The notes: a model not told the origin generated them from the sequence alone. Counted from the stretch's first letter, positions 1-9,495 are shown. The stretch is DNA of 64,000 bases from Candidatus Omnitrophota bacterium (GCA_903908245.1 CAIVRE010000007.1:4984-68983), one strand, 5' to 3'. A program made the numbers and translations.

Positions 1-276
1 AACCTTCCCGGAGGCCCGGGCGTCAGGGTTGACACACATATTTATTCGGGGTATAAAATAAGCCCGTATTATGATTCAATGGTGGCAAAGCTCATTGTTC
101 ATGGCCGTGACCGGGCTGAGGCTATCAAGATCATGCGCCGGGCTTTGGATGAGTTCTATATTTCGCCGATCAAGACGACCATCCCGCTGCATGTGCAGAT
201 CATGAATCATCCGCTCTTCGTCAAGGGGCAGATCTCGACCCATTTTCTCGAGAAGATGGCAAAGAAGGAAGATTGA
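1..276 (+). CDS. accC: acetyl-CoA carboxylase biotin carboxylase subunit, C-terminal fragment (5' end outside window)
   Basis: Frame-1 ORF open from the window edge. Its translation (...[67 protein letters not shown]...) matches the conserved C-terminal domain of biotin carboxylases. Confidence 0.85.
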   Translation, partial: NLPGGPGVRVDTHIYSGYKISPYYDSMVAKLIVHGRDRAEAIKIMRRALDEFYISPIKTTIPLHVQIMNHPLFVKGQISTHFLEKMAKKED

Positions 277-288
277 GGGGTTTAGTTT

Positions 289-645
289 ATGAGACCTGAG
301 AATAAAGTGGATCTTGGCGTTATCGCGGTGCATACGAATGTCATTGCGGATATCTGTTCCGCGGCCATTGCGGATATTGAAGGCGTCGTGCTTGCGCATA
401 ATGAGCCGCTGGAAGGGCTGGCGAGTATTGTAGGGATGCGTTTGAATACGGCGGTGGACGTTCGGGTGGAGGCCAGCGGCCAGGTCAGCGTGGTGGTCAA
501 GGTCGTTTTGCGTTATGGCATGAACTTGTCCGAGATCTCCCGTCGTATCCAGGATGTGGTCATGACGGCTGTGGAGAAGATGGCCGATATTAATTTAAGG
601 GATGTGGACGTCAGTATTCAGGGGATCAACCGGGGGGTGGCGTGA
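289..645 (+). CDS. Asp23/Gls24 family envelope stress protein
   Basis: 118-aa product with the Asp23-type pattern (LGVIAVHTNVIADICSAAIADIEGVV...VSVVVKVVLRYGMNLSEI). Its stop overlaps the next start. Confidence 0.7.
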   Translation: MRPENKVDLGVIAVHTNVIADICSAAIADIEGVVLAHNEPLEGLASIVGMRLNTAVDVRVEASGQVSVVVKVVLRYGMNLSEISRRIQDVVMTAVEKMADINLRDVDVSIQGINRGVA

Positions 646-1250
646 TGCGTATCCTGATCAAGATCGCGATCTTTTTCTATGTTATTGTTATTACAGTTAC
701 GGGGATCGCCGGGCTTATTCTTTTGGCGCATTTTGTTGATTTGTCCGGTTATGAGAAGATCCTGGCGTATGTTTATAATGATCCAAAGGCTGGCACCATC
801 GCCGCTTTTACGGTAGCGGCCATTATGATCATCAGTTTTGTTTTGGCACGTATCATTTATGGCCGCCAGGAGCAGGAGCGTATTATCACGTTTGATAATC
901 CTCTCGGCCGCGTGACCATATCCCTGTCTGCGTTAGAGGATCTGATACGCCGCATGGTGGTCCGTTCGCCGCAGATCAAGGAGATACGGCCGGATATCGC
1001 GTCTTCCAAAAAAGGGCTCAAGGTGGATATCCGCCTGGTCCTTCGTTCAGATGTGAATATCGCGGAGCTTACCGCGGACCTTCAGGAGATGATCAAGCGC
1101 AAGATCCAGGATGTTATTGGTAAAGAGGAGCGTGTGACGGTGCGTGTTCATGTGATCAAGATCTCAACCGAGAATATCCTTCCCGGTAAAAAAGGAATGG
1201 AAGAGGACGAGATCGAGCCGCCGCTTCATTTCCACGGATATAGAGCATGA
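642..1250 (+). CDS. AmaP-like membrane anchor protein (Asp23 partner)
   Basis: N-terminal TM helix followed by a soluble domain. The gene is translationally coupled (ATGA) to the Asp23 gene upstream, and Asp23-AmaP is a conserved gene pair. Confidence 0.5.
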   Translation: MMRILIKIAIFFYVIVITVTGIAGLILLAHFVDLSGYEKILAYVYNDPKAGTIAAFTVAAIMIISFVLARIIYGRQEQERIITFDNPLGRVTISLSALEDLIRRMVVRSPQIKEIRPDIASSKKGLKVDIRLVLRSDVNIAELTADLQEMIKRKIQDVIGKEERVTVRVHVIKISTENILPGKKGMEEDEIEPPLHFHGYRA

Positions 1251-2272
1251 AGAAGATCGGCATCCTCACAGGCGGAGCGGATTGTCCCGGACTCAATGCG
1301 GTCATTCGGGCGGTGGTTTACAAGGGCATGCAGGAAGGTTATGTCATTACCGGGATCAAGAATGGATGGCAGGGCCTGATCGAGAATGATACGCGCGTGC
1401 TTGATACCCGCGCGGTGTCGGGTATCCTGGATCGCGGCGGTACTATCCTTGGCACGAGCCGCAGCGATCCGTTCGAGAATCCCGAGCATATTGAAAAGAT
1501 CGGTGAGAATTATAAGCGTAACGGGATGGATGCCCTTATCGCTATCGGTGGTGAGGTGACCCTGGGGATCGCGGCCGAGCTGCAGAAGAAAGGCATCATC
1601 AGGGTTGTCGGGATCCCCAAGTCCATTGACAATGCCCTTTCGGGGACGGATTACGCGTTTGGTTTTGATACGGCGGTACAGGTGGCGACAGAGCTGATCG
1701 ACCGTTTGCATACGACGGCGGAAGCCAATCATCGTATCATGGTCATTGAGGTCATGGGCCAGTTCACCGGCTGGATCGCGGTCGAGGCGGGCATGGCGGG
1801 CGGCGCGGATATTATCATTATTCCTGAAGTGAAGACGGACATCGACAAGGTCTGCGAGGCGATCAAGAACCGTCATCGGCGCGGAAAGTCTTTTAGCATT
1901 GTGGTGGTGTCCGAGGGTGCGCAGGTAGATATGCCCGGCATTTACCAGGAGAATAGTGAAAAGCGCCGGTTTGGAAGTATTGGCGAACGCCTTGCTAAAG
2001 CGATCGAAGACATGACCGGGTATGAGACGCGTGTAAGCTTGCTCGGATATATTCAGCGCGGCGGGGCGCCAACGGCATTTGATCGTATCCTGGCGACCAG
2101 GTTTGGCGTTAAGGCTGTTGAGCTGGTTGCCGAGGGAAAGTTTGGCAAGATGGTGAGCTATCAGAACAATCGTATCAGGTATTGTGATATTGATGAAGCG
2201 GTGAAGCAGCGTAAACGGGTTGAACCTGATCTGGTGCAGATCTCCAAGGTTTTTACGGCAGATCAGATCTAA
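1247..2272 (+). CDS. pfkA: 6-phosphofructokinase (ATP/PPi-dependent PFK family)
   Basis: MKKIGILTGGADCPGLNAVIRAVV...GGDGS-like and MGR motifs typical of PFK. 341 aa. Confidence 0.9.
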   Translation: MKKIGILTGGADCPGLNAVIRAVVYKGMQEGYVITGIKNGWQGLIENDTRVLDTRAVSGILDRGGTILGTSRSDPFENPEHIEKIGENYKRNGMDALIAIGGEVTLGIAAELQKKGIIRVVGIPKSIDNALSGTDYAFGFDTAVQVATELIDRLHTTAEANHRIMVIEVMGQFTGWIAVEAGMAGGADIIIIPEVKTDIDKVCEAIKNRHRRGKSFSIVVVSEGAQVDMPGIYQENSEKRRFGSIGERLAKAIEDMTGYETRVSLLGYIQRGGAPTAFDRILATRFGVKAVELVAEGKFGKMVSYQNNRIRYCDIDEAVKQRKRVEPDLVQISKVFTADQI

Positions 2273-2286
2273 AGGAGCGGGCGTCA

Positions 2287-2853
2287 GTGAAGCAGCGCAT
2301 TGAGGCGGTCCTTAACGAGTCCATTGAAGTCAAGAAAGCGGCCATTCAGCAATGCCTTCCCGCTATTGAACGGGCCGCCCAGCTGATCGAACGCGCTTTC
2401 CGGAATAATAATCGGGTTTTCTTCTGCGGCAACGGTGGTTCTGCGGCCGACAGCCAGCATATCGCGGCGGAGTTTATCGGGCGTTTTCAGAAAGAGCGCC
2501 GGGCTCTGCCGGCGATCGCGCTCACCACGGACACATCCATCCTTACCTGCCTTACCAATGATTACAGCTATGATATCGTTTTCTCCCGTCAGCTTGAGGC
2601 GCTTGGCTGCAAGGGGGATGTCATCGTTGGATTCTCGACCAGCGGCAAGTCGGCTAATGTGATCAAGGCATTTGAACGCGCGAAAGAAATGGGTATTGCT
2701 TCCATTGCTTTCGTCGGTCATGACGGAGGGCCAATGGGGAAGACGGCTGATATCGCGATCATTGTCCCTTCCAAGGTCACCGCGAGAATTCAGGAATGCC
2801 ATATCGCCATTGCGCATGCTGTTTGCGAAGTTGTTGAGAATGCTTTTGTTTAA
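2287..2853 (+). CDS. gmhA: D-sedoheptulose-7-phosphate isomerase (SIS domain)
   Basis: GTG start. Shows the SIS phosphosugar-binding motifs (FFCGNGGSAADSQHIAAEF...GFSTSGKSANV) and is ~190 aa like GmhA. Confidence 0.85.
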   Translation: MKQRIEAVLNESIEVKKAAIQQCLPAIERAAQLIERAFRNNNRVFFCGNGGSAADSQHIAAEFIGRFQKERRALPAIALTTDTSILTCLTNDYSYDIVFSRQLEALGCKGDVIVGFSTSGKSANVIKAFERAKEMGIASIAFVGHDGGPMGKTADIAIIVPSKVTARIQECHIAIAHAVCEVVENAFV

Positions 2854-2870
2854 AATGTTTTTGGGCTTCA

Positions 2871-2951
2871 GCATTTAGGCTAATGCTAGGAAGTCTCGTC
2901 CTTATCTCATAAAGTGGTAGGCCGAGCCTTCAATCGCATTAGCCTAAATGC
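2871..2951. promoter_or_regulatory. large stem-loop: 16-bp perfect inverted repeat (gcatttaggctaatgc / gcattagcctaaatgc) separated by ~49 nt, downstream of gmhA
   Basis: The reverse complement of 2871-2886 is found exactly at 2936-2951. Possible terminator or boundary of the low-GC insert that follows. Confidence 0.5.
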
Positions 2952-3028
2952 TTTCGCCCTCAGCGAGTAGGATCAAGAGATCAATAAGGCATGAAGCCTA
3001 TGACGTCCCGTGAACCTGTTAGGGTAGG

Positions 3029-3400
3029 ATGATGTATAAAAAGATCGTAATGATCACATTCTTTTCATTTTCTTTATTTGGAACATCCGTTTTTGCAGGC
3101 GGTCAAGATGGCCGTTTGAAAGAGTTGATCGATCAGCTAGATGGTAAGACATGCAAGTTTGAGATTCAGGGAAATACTTGCGTTAACCGCCCCCCTTTTG
3201 CCGCTTTCTTTCGTCGAAGTGATAAAGAACAATGTATCATTGATTCTGCCAGGGCATTGGGGATGATGGGTTCTCAAGCAAAAGGTGCGTTGCCGGCTTT
3301 AATTGAAGCACTAAAAAAGCATTTCAATGTTGATACGGGTGACGGGGTTATCCCGGTACATTCCGAGATTGAAGCGGCCATAAAGAAGATTAACGAATAG
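3029..3400 (+). CDS. small secreted protein with a PBS-lyase/HEAT-like repeat (low-GC gene)
   Basis: N-terminal signal peptide (MMYKKIVMITFFSFSLFGTSVFAGG) and a HEAT_PBS-like segment (ARALGMMGSQAKGALPALIEALKK). GC is about 42% against ~57% in the flanking genes. Confidence 0.5.
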   Translation: MMYKKIVMITFFSFSLFGTSVFAGGQDGRLKELIDQLDGKTCKFEIQGNTCVNRPPFAAFFRRSDKEQCIIDSARALGMMGSQAKGALPALIEALKKHFNVDTGDGVIPVHSEIEAAIKKINE

Positions 3401-3413
3401 TTTTAAGGAAGAT

Positions 3414-3899
3414 ATGCGATCAGTCAAGAAAGTTATTCCGGTCGTTGCGTTAAAGAAGCAGATCACTCATCTTCGCAAAGCGGGGAAGGTAATTGCGTTC
3501 ACCAATGGTTGCTTCGATATTCTGCATTACGGCCATGTCAGTTATTTGGAATCTGCCAAGAAAAATGATTCCCGTGTATTGATCGTAGGTTTGAACAGTG
3601 ACGTGTCGGTCCGTTCGCTCGAAAAGGGCGAAGGGCGGCCGATCGTGCCCCAGGCGGAGCGGGCGGCGGTGCTGGCGGGTTTGGCGGCAGTTGATTTTGT
3701 TGTTATTTTCAATGAGCCAACGCCTTATGAGCTTATTAAAAAACTTCGGCCGGATATTCTGCTTAAAGGGGCTGACTGGAAGGGTAAGGAAGTCGCGGGC
3801 GCGGATCTGGTCAAGCGGGTGGAGTTCGTTAAATACCAGCCGGGTTTGTCGACGACGAATGTTATTGAAAAGATAAGGAAGTTATGCGTAAAAGCGTAA
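3414..3899 (+). CDS. D-glycero-beta-D-manno-heptose 1-phosphate adenylyltransferase (RfaE domain II / HldC-type cytidylyltransferase)
   Basis: Cytidylyltransferase (H/T)xGH motif in AFTNGCFDILHYGHVSYLESAK. 161 aa, and the ADP-heptose pathway context with gmhA upstream. Confidence 0.85.
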   Translation: MRSVKKVIPVVALKKQITHLRKAGKVIAFTNGCFDILHYGHVSYLESAKKNDSRVLIVGLNSDVSVRSLEKGEGRPIVPQAERAAVLAGLAAVDFVVIFNEPTPYELIKKLRPDILLKGADWKGKEVAGADLVKRVEFVKYQPGLSTTNVIEKIRKLCVKA

Positions 3900-4309
3900 A
3901 GACCCCGGTCCGCGGTGTTGATCGGGTCATTGACGCCAATTTTAACCGGGCTAAAGAAGGTTTGCGGGTTTGCGAAGATACGGCACGGTTCATTATTGAT
4001 GATAAAGCGTTGACCGTGGGGTATAAGGATGTCCGGCATCAGTTGACGGACGCGGTTGAAGTCCTTGATTTGAAAGGGATCGTCCGGTCCAGGGATGTGG
4101 CGGGTGATGTCGGCCGGCCGACATCTTCTTCCGAATCGATACGGGGCAATGTTGCTGATATTTTCTATGCAAATACTCAGCGTGTTAAGGAATCGTTAAG
4201 AGTTCTTGAAGAGTTCGCCAAGTTGATTTCTCCGGCATTTGCGGAGAGGTTTAAAGTGCTGCGGTATAAGGTTTATGGTCTCGAAAAGAAAGTGCTTGAG
4301 CGGTTGTAA
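3884..4309 (+). CDS. hypothetical protein (141 aa) located between the heptose adenylyltransferase and thiE
   Basis: Clean ORF with a 16-nt overlap on the upstream gene. I do not recognise a family. It partly overlaps the likely thiE start region. Confidence 0.4.
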   Translation: MRKSVKTPVRGVDRVIDANFNRAKEGLRVCEDTARFIIDDKALTVGYKDVRHQLTDAVEVLDLKGIVRSRDVAGDVGRPTSSSESIRGNVADIFYANTQRVKESLRVLEEFAKLISPAFAERFKVLRYKVYGLEKKVLERL

Positions 4310-4925
4310 TTTGTACTTGATCCTCGACGCTGGCGTGTGCTCTTATGACCGTCTTTTTGAGGTTTTGAAAGCAGCCACTCTCAGCGGAGTTGACATTGTG
4401 CAACTGCGTGATAAAGTAGGTTTTGTTAAAGAGACATTAAGGTTCAGTAAAAAGTCGATCGCGTGGTTAAAAGGCCGTATTCCGTTCATTGTTAACGACA
4501 GGGTCGATATCGCCCGGATCTCAGGGGCGTGCGGTGTTCATTTAGGGCAGGATGATATTCCGCTGGCCGAGGCCCGCAGGTTATTGGGGGCTCGCGCGAT
4601 CATCGGAGTGTCCTGTCAGAATTTGACACATGTCCGCAGGGCGTTGCGTGATGGCGCGGACTATGTGGGGTTCGGCTCGGTCTATAGAACATTGACCAAG
4701 CCGGGCCGCTCGCCGATGGATCAGGGTGAGTTGAAGAAGGCGGTTCAGTTTTCCGAGCGGGAAGGGCTTCCTTTTTTTGCTATCGGCGGGATCACAAGGG
4801 GTAATTTGGGCCAGGTGAAAGACAATGATGTCCGGCGCGTGGCGGTGTGCCGTGATATCCTGTTGGCCGGAGACATACGCCGCTCCGTCGGAGAGTTTTG
4901 TGCGGCGCTCAATGTTAAACAGTAA
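4275..4925 (+). CDS. thiE: thiamine-phosphate synthase
   Basis: LYLILDAGV...VDIVQLRDK...GVSCQNL...GADYVGFGSVYRTLTK...FFAIGGI is the ThiE TIM-barrel signature. Start assigned to ATG 4275; TTG 4311 is an alternative. Confidence 0.8.
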   Translation: MVSKRKCLSGCNLYLILDAGVCSYDRLFEVLKAATLSGVDIVQLRDKVGFVKETLRFSKKSIAWLKGRIPFIVNDRVDIARISGACGVHLGQDDIPLAEARRLLGARAIIGVSCQNLTHVRRALRDGADYVGFGSVYRTLTKPGRSPMDQGELKKAVQFSEREGLPFFAIGGITRGNLGQVKDNDVRRVAVCRDILLAGDIRRSVGEFCAALNVKQ

Positions 4926-4936
4926 ACGGTGTTGAT

Positions 4937-5010
4937 GCGAGAGTAATTCAGTGGCAGAATGCCAGCTTCCCAAGCTAGCTACACGGGTTCGATTCCCGTC
5001 TCTCGCTCCA
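4937..5010 (+). tRNA. tRNA-Gly (anticodon CCC)
   Basis: Manual fold: acceptor stem GCGAGAG/CTCTCGC, D-stem ATTC/GAAT, anticodon loop TTCCCAA, T-arm ACGGG-TTCGATT-CCCGT, discriminator T, and an encoded CCA. Confidence 0.8.
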
Positions 5011-5019
5011 TATATTTAC

Positions 5020-5721
5020 ATGAACTTCAGGAAAAAGCGATTCCTTCAGTGGGTCGGGGTATTAATGCTGTGCGCGTGGCTTTCCGGCTGCGCCACGGTG
5101 CGCAAGCCTTCCGTGGACCTTCCTTCCCTTCCGGGGAAACCTGTTCAGACCAAGGGCGTGTACCATAAGGTTAACAAGGGCGAGACGCTTTGGCGCATCA
5201 GCAAGACATACAAGATCTCCGTCGAGGATATTATCCAGGCCAATCGCATCCCGAGTGCCGCGTCCATCGAAGAGAATCAGCTGCTCCTTATTCCCGGCGC
5301 CGATACGGTAAAAGATGTTATTCCCCCGCAGGCTCCCGGCGGGAAAGACACGGATTATTGGTGGCCGCTCAAGGGCAGGATCGTTTCATATTTTGAGGAC
5401 CGCAAAGGCGCGCATATTAATCTCGGCGTGGATATCAAAGGCGCCGAGAATGACGCGGTGAAAGCCGCGCGCGAAGGGCGGGTGGTTTTTGCCGATCATC
5501 TTGCGGGTTATGGCACGACGGTGATGATCGACCATGGCGACGGGTTTATTACTGTTTACGGGCACGGGGGCCGTCTTCTGGTCAAGCTCGGGGATTATGT
5601 CTTCAGGGGAGAGAAGATCGTTCAGCTTGGGGAAGATGCCCAAGGGGCGTTCATGCATTTTGAACTGCGCAAAGGGGTTGCACCGAAGAACCCTTTGCAT
5701 TATTTGCCGCGGGAGATGTGA
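5020..5721 (+). CDS. LysM domain / M23 family metallopeptidase lipoprotein (NlpD-like)
   Basis: Lipoprotein signal (LMLCAWLSGC), a LysM segment (YHKVNKGETLWRISKTYKISVEDIIQAN) and M23 motifs (GAHINLGVDI...HGDGFITVYGH). The ORF-track start at 4951 lies inside the tRNA, so I moved the start to ATG 5020. Confidence 0.85.
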   Translation: MNFRKKRFLQWVGVLMLCAWLSGCATVRKPSVDLPSLPGKPVQTKGVYHKVNKGETLWRISKTYKISVEDIIQANRIPSAASIEENQLLLIPGADTVKDVIPPQAPGGKDTDYWWPLKGRIVSYFEDRKGAHINLGVDIKGAENDAVKAAREGRVVFADHLAGYGTTVMIDHGDGFITVYGHGGRLLVKLGDYVFRGEKIVQLGEDAQGAFMHFELRKGVAPKNPLHYLPREM

Positions 5722-7346
5722 TGGACGGTAGTTTCTACGGAAGAAAAGATATCCTTGCGCTCATTAAGCGCCGCGTGGCGGACCTGAAAGAAGGTTATCG
5801 TCAGAACATGGCGTTCCTGGGCAGCCGGCATGTCGGTAAGAGTGCGGTCCTGCGTCAATTCCTTGCCAACCTTGATGACGGGACGGTGATACCGGTCTAT
5901 CTGGACCTTGAAGGCCGGGATATCCATTATTTCGCGTCCAAGTTCATCCGCAGCATCCTGTATCATTTTGCCCGCAGTCAAGGGTTGCAGCCGGCGGAGT
6001 CGCTTGCGGACTTGTTGACGGCTGTTGAGGCGATGATCCCCCAGACGGTGGTCTGCGTTCGTGAGATCACCGGGTTGATGGAGAAAAATCGCCTGAGTGA
6101 GGCGTATGAGCAGGTCCTTTCGTTGCCGGAGATGTTCAGTTATGAAACGGGCCACAATTGCCTCATCATCCTTGACGAGTTCCAGGTCCTCGAAGAGTTC
6201 GGTGTTCCTGATGTTTTTCGCCGTCTTGCGGACCGTATCACCACCCAGAAGAAGTCGCTTTATCTGGTGGCCAGTTCTTACGAGGAGCTCGGCCAGAGGA
6301 TCCTGGCGGAAAAACTCACGCTCCTGTTCGGGAATTTTGAGACCGTTCACGTCGATCCGTTCGACCTGCGCCAGAGCCAGGAATTCATTGCCGCCCGGAT
6401 GGGGGACGTGAATATCGGGGTGCAGCTCAAGAATTTCCTTGCGGATTTTACCGGTGGACGCCCGTTGTATCTTGATATTATTGCCCACGAGCTCCTGAAC
6501 CTGGCGTCGATCTATAAACAGCCGGAAGTTTACGCGCCTTTGGTAACACAGGCGGTTGAGAACATGGTTTTCAGCCGTTGGGGCGCGCTTAGCCGTCATT
6601 TTGAGCTGGTCATCGGCCGGGTCACGGCGGGCAAGGCGAACCGGCTTGTCGCGGACCTTTTGATGTCCATGGCCGAGGGTTGTAACCGGGTCAAGGATCT
6701 GGCCGGCGCGGTGGGGGCGGTGAAAGCGGCCGCGGTCAGCCAGAAGCTCAGTTATCTGGTGGAAGAGGATGTGGTCGAGAAGAACGGAAGTCATTATCAC
6801 ATCAAGGACAAGCTTTTTCGTTATTGGATCAAGTATGTTTTTCTCAAGCGTGTGCGTTCGATCGAGCTGGAAGCGGGCCGTTTGAAGAAGGATTTCAAGG
6901 AGGAAGTCGGGTGTGCCATCAATGATTTCCATGCCACTTGTGGCAAGGACCTTTCGTGCCGCGTAACGGAATTGCTGCATTGTTTTGATAATGACCATTT
7001 GAACTTAAAAGGCCGCAAATACCGGATGCCGGCGTTCCGGGATGTGAGGCCGTTGAAATTTGCCGAGCGTGGCGGGAGCCTTTGTGATGTCCTTCAGGCG
7101 GATACGGATGAAGGGATGTGGCTGCTGGTCTTGCGCAAGGACCCTTTGGCGGAGACGGATATCAATGGCGTCACGCAGGAACTTCGTTCTAGGGGCCTGA
7201 AACCCAAGCGTTGTGTTATTGTATCGCTTGCCGAACTTGATGACGGGGTGAGGCTTCGCGCGCTTGAGGAGCGGATGTGGGTCTGGAACGAGACGGAGCT
7301 GAATTCCCTGATGAACCTTTTTGACAAGCCGTATATCGTCTCATGA
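5718..7346 (+). CDS. ATP-binding protein, Arch_ATPase (PF01637-like) + DUF234-like C-terminus
   Basis: Walker A (FLGSRHVGKSAV) and Walker B (LIILDEF). 542 aa. ATGA overlap with the upstream gene. Confidence 0.75.
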   Translation: MMDGSFYGRKDILALIKRRVADLKEGYRQNMAFLGSRHVGKSAVLRQFLANLDDGTVIPVYLDLEGRDIHYFASKFIRSILYHFARSQGLQPAESLADLLTAVEAMIPQTVVCVREITGLMEKNRLSEAYEQVLSLPEMFSYETGHNCLIILDEFQVLEEFGVPDVFRRLADRITTQKKSLYLVASSYEELGQRILAEKLTLLFGNFETVHVDPFDLRQSQEFIAARMGDVNIGVQLKNFLADFTGGRPLYLDIIAHELLNLASIYKQPEVYAPLVTQAVENMVFSRWGALSRHFELVIGRVTAGKANRLVADLLMSMAEGCNRVKDLAGAVGAVKAAAVSQKLSYLVEEDVVEKNGSHYHIKDKLFRYWIKYVFLKRVRSIELEAGRLKKDFKEEVGCAINDFHATCGKDLSCRVTELLHCFDNDHLNLKGRKYRMPAFRDVRPLKFAERGGSLCDVLQADTDEGMWLLVLRKDPLAETDINGVTQELRSRGLKPKRCVIVSLAELDDGVRLRALEERMWVWNETELNSLMNLFDKPYIVS

Positions 7347-7822
7347 GGCTGATCGTCATCTCTGATACCCATTCGGAGGACCTTCCACCGCTGTTGATCG
7401 AGGATATCAAGAAATCCGACCTTGTTGTTCATGTGGGGGACTTCTGTGATATCGATGTTTTCCATCGTCTTAAGGCGTTAAAAGAGATCCGTGCGGTTTA
7501 CGGGAATATGGACGGGCTTGACTTGCGCGGGGTGCTGCCGCGTAAAGCCGTTTTTAAATGTGAAGATGTGATGATCGGCCTTTTTCATGGCGAGGGCGGT
7601 CCGGATAAGCTTCTTGAGAAAGTCAGGGTGGCATTCGGGAAAGAAAGAGTGGATGTGGTGGTTTTTGGCCATTCGCATGAGGCCTTTAATCAGGTGATCG
7701 ACGGGGTCCTGTATTTCAATCCGGGCAGCCCTACGGACACTTTTCGCGCGCCGTTCCGTTCTTACGGGGTCCTGGAAGTCCGCGGCAAGAATGTCAAGGG
7801 GATGATCGTCAAGATCAAGTAA
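7343..7822 (+). CDS. metallophosphoesterase, YfcE/MJ0936 family
   Basis: MRLIVISDTHSE...VVHVGDFCD...GNMD...VFGHSH are the calcineurin-like phosphoesterase motifs. ATGA overlap with the ATPase gene. Confidence 0.8.
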   Translation: MRLIVISDTHSEDLPPLLIEDIKKSDLVVHVGDFCDIDVFHRLKALKEIRAVYGNMDGLDLRGVLPRKAVFKCEDVMIGLFHGEGGPDKLLEKVRVAFGKERVDVVVFGHSHEAFNQVIDGVLYFNPGSPTDTFRAPFRSYGVLEVRGKNVKGMIVKIK

Positions 7823-7829
7823 GAGGGAT

Positions 7830-8321
7830 ATGGATATTCTTTGGGCACCCTGGCGTGAGAAATATATTAAGCAGTGCGGCTTCAAGAAGGATGGCTGTAT
7901 TTTTTGCCAGATCCTCAAGGCAAAGCAGGATGCGAAGCATTATATTTTCCTGCGTTCGGCGCATTCTTTCGCGGTTCTTAATATCTATCCTTTCAGCGGC
8001 GGGCATTTTCTGGTCATCCCCAACCGCCATGTGGGGGATATATCGGCCCTGACGGCGGACGAGCGTGCGGATATCATGGACCTTCTGGCCGACACCAAGG
8101 ACCTGATGGACCGGGCGTATAGACCGGAAGCGTTTAATGTCGGGATGAACCTTGGCAGCGCGGCGGGCGCGGGGATCCCGGAGCATTTGCATATCCATGT
8201 CGTGCCGCGCTGGAAGGGCGATGTGAATTTTATGCCGGCGATCTTCGGGACGAAAGTGATCCCGGTCGCGCTCGATAAGGTTTACAAGAGGTTGAAAGAT
8301 GCGCTCAAGGGCGGACATTGA
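7830..8321 (+). CDS. HIT family hydrolase
   Basis: Histidine triad in EHLHIHVVPR, and a C-x-x-C N-terminal region (GCIFCQIL) as in HIT proteins. Confidence 0.8.
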   Translation: MDILWAPWREKYIKQCGFKKDGCIFCQILKAKQDAKHYIFLRSAHSFAVLNIYPFSGGHFLVIPNRHVGDISALTADERADIMDLLADTKDLMDRAYRPEAFNVGMNLGSAAGAGIPEHLHIHVVPRWKGDVNFMPAIFGTKVIPVALDKVYKRLKDALKGGH

Positions 8322-9495
8322 AAAGTTCGAGAATGACGTTTTAGCGCCATACGCCATGCGTTCGGGCGAATCCTGGGGCCGGCAGTATAAAGAGGCCGAG
8401 CATTCCAGCCGCACCTGTTTTCAGCGCGACCGCGACCGTGTGGTGCATTCGGAGGCTTTTCGGAAACTCGAGTACAAGACGCAGGTTTTTGTTATTTTTG
8501 AGGGGGATTATTACCGCACCCGATTGACGCATACCATTGAAGTGGCCCAGCTGGCGCGTACCATCGGCCGGAATCTCGCGCTCAATGAGGACCTTATTGA
8601 AGCGGTCGCGCTCGCGCATGACCTGGGGCATTCCCCTTTCGGGCATGCCGGGGAGACCCTGCTCGACGAGCGGTTGAAGTCGGCAGGCCTCGAGGGGTTC
8701 AATCATAATCAGCGCAGTTTCGAGATCGTTTCAAAGTTTGAAAAGCGTTACCCTGATTTTGACGGGCTTAACCTGACGGTGGAAGTGCTGGTGGGCATCC
8801 TCAAGCACGAGACCCTTTTTGACCGCAAGGGCGAGATGAAGGTGGTCGAAGAGGCCGCATTCCGCGACAAATTGCGCAAGCGCGCGTGTTCTCTTGAGGC
8901 GCAGGTGGTCGACAAATCCGACTCGCTGGCGTATTTGAACCATGATGTGGACGACGGGTTGACGTCGGGGTGCATCACGGCGGAAGACCTTAACGCAAGC
9001 ATGCTTTGGAGGCGCGCGATGGAAAAGGTGCGCCGCCCGGGGGTGGAAACGGGCACGGACATGTTCAAGTACCAGGTCGTCAAGGAGCTCATTGACATGC
9101 AGGTGCGCGACCTCTTGACCGCCACGAATGAACGGGTGGAGAAGTTCCGGTTTTCTTCTTTTGACGATGTTGCCCGGTGCGAGGAAAAGCGCATTGTGGC
9201 GTTCTCCGACCAAATGAGCGCGGAGCGGGAGCATCTTCAGAGCATCCTTAACGAAAAGCTTTACCAGCACTGGCGTGTCGAGCGGATGACCTCCAAGGCC
9301 AAGCGTATCTTAAACGAGCTCTTTAATGTTTACATGGATAATCCGAAGCAGCTTCCGTACGAGATCTTTGACCGGACAAAGAAATATACCGACAAGCAAT
9401 TGCATGTGATCGTTTGCAATTATATCGCGGCAATGACCGACAGGGCGGCACTTGATGAATACCAGCGACTTTTCGAGCCTTACAAAAAAGTATAA
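8299..9495 (+). CDS. dgt: dGTP triphosphohydrolase-like HD-domain protein
   Basis: HD motif (THTIEVAQLARTIG...LAHDLGHSPFGH) and the overall dGTPase layout. 398 aa. Confidence 0.85.
   Translation: MRSRADIEKFENDVLAPYAMRSGESWGRQYKEAEHSSRTCFQRDRDRVVHSEAFRKLEYKTQVFVIFEGDYYRTRLTHTIEVAQLARTIGRNLALNEDLIEAVALAHDLGHSPFGHAGETLLDERLKSAGLEGFNHNQRSFEIVSKFEKRYPDFDGLNLTVEVLVGILKHETLFDRKGEMKVVEEAAFRDKLRKRACSLEAQVVDKSDSLAYLNHDVDDGLTSGCITAEDLNASMLWRRAMEKVRRPGVETGTDMFKYQVVKELIDMQVRDLLTATNERVEKFRFSSFDDVARCEEKRIVAFSDQMSAEREHLQSILNEKLYQHWRVERMTSKAKRILNELFNVYMDNPKQLPYEIFDRTKKYTDKQLHVIVCNYIAAMTDRAALDEYQRLFEPYKKV

Noticed and set aside
1226-1876. 216-aa ORF on the - strand
   Set aside because: Antisense to pfkA, which has unmistakable PFK motifs on the + strand.
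4951-5019. N-terminal 23 codons of the ORF-track version of the M23 peptidase
   Set aside because: This stretch lies inside the tRNA-Gly gene (4937-5010). The real start is ATG 5020, which is followed by a lipoprotein signal peptide.
5700-6998. 432-aa ORF on the - strand
   Set aside because: Antisense to the well-supported Arch-ATPase gene. Long antisense ORFs are expected at this GC content, and the product has no recognisable motifs.
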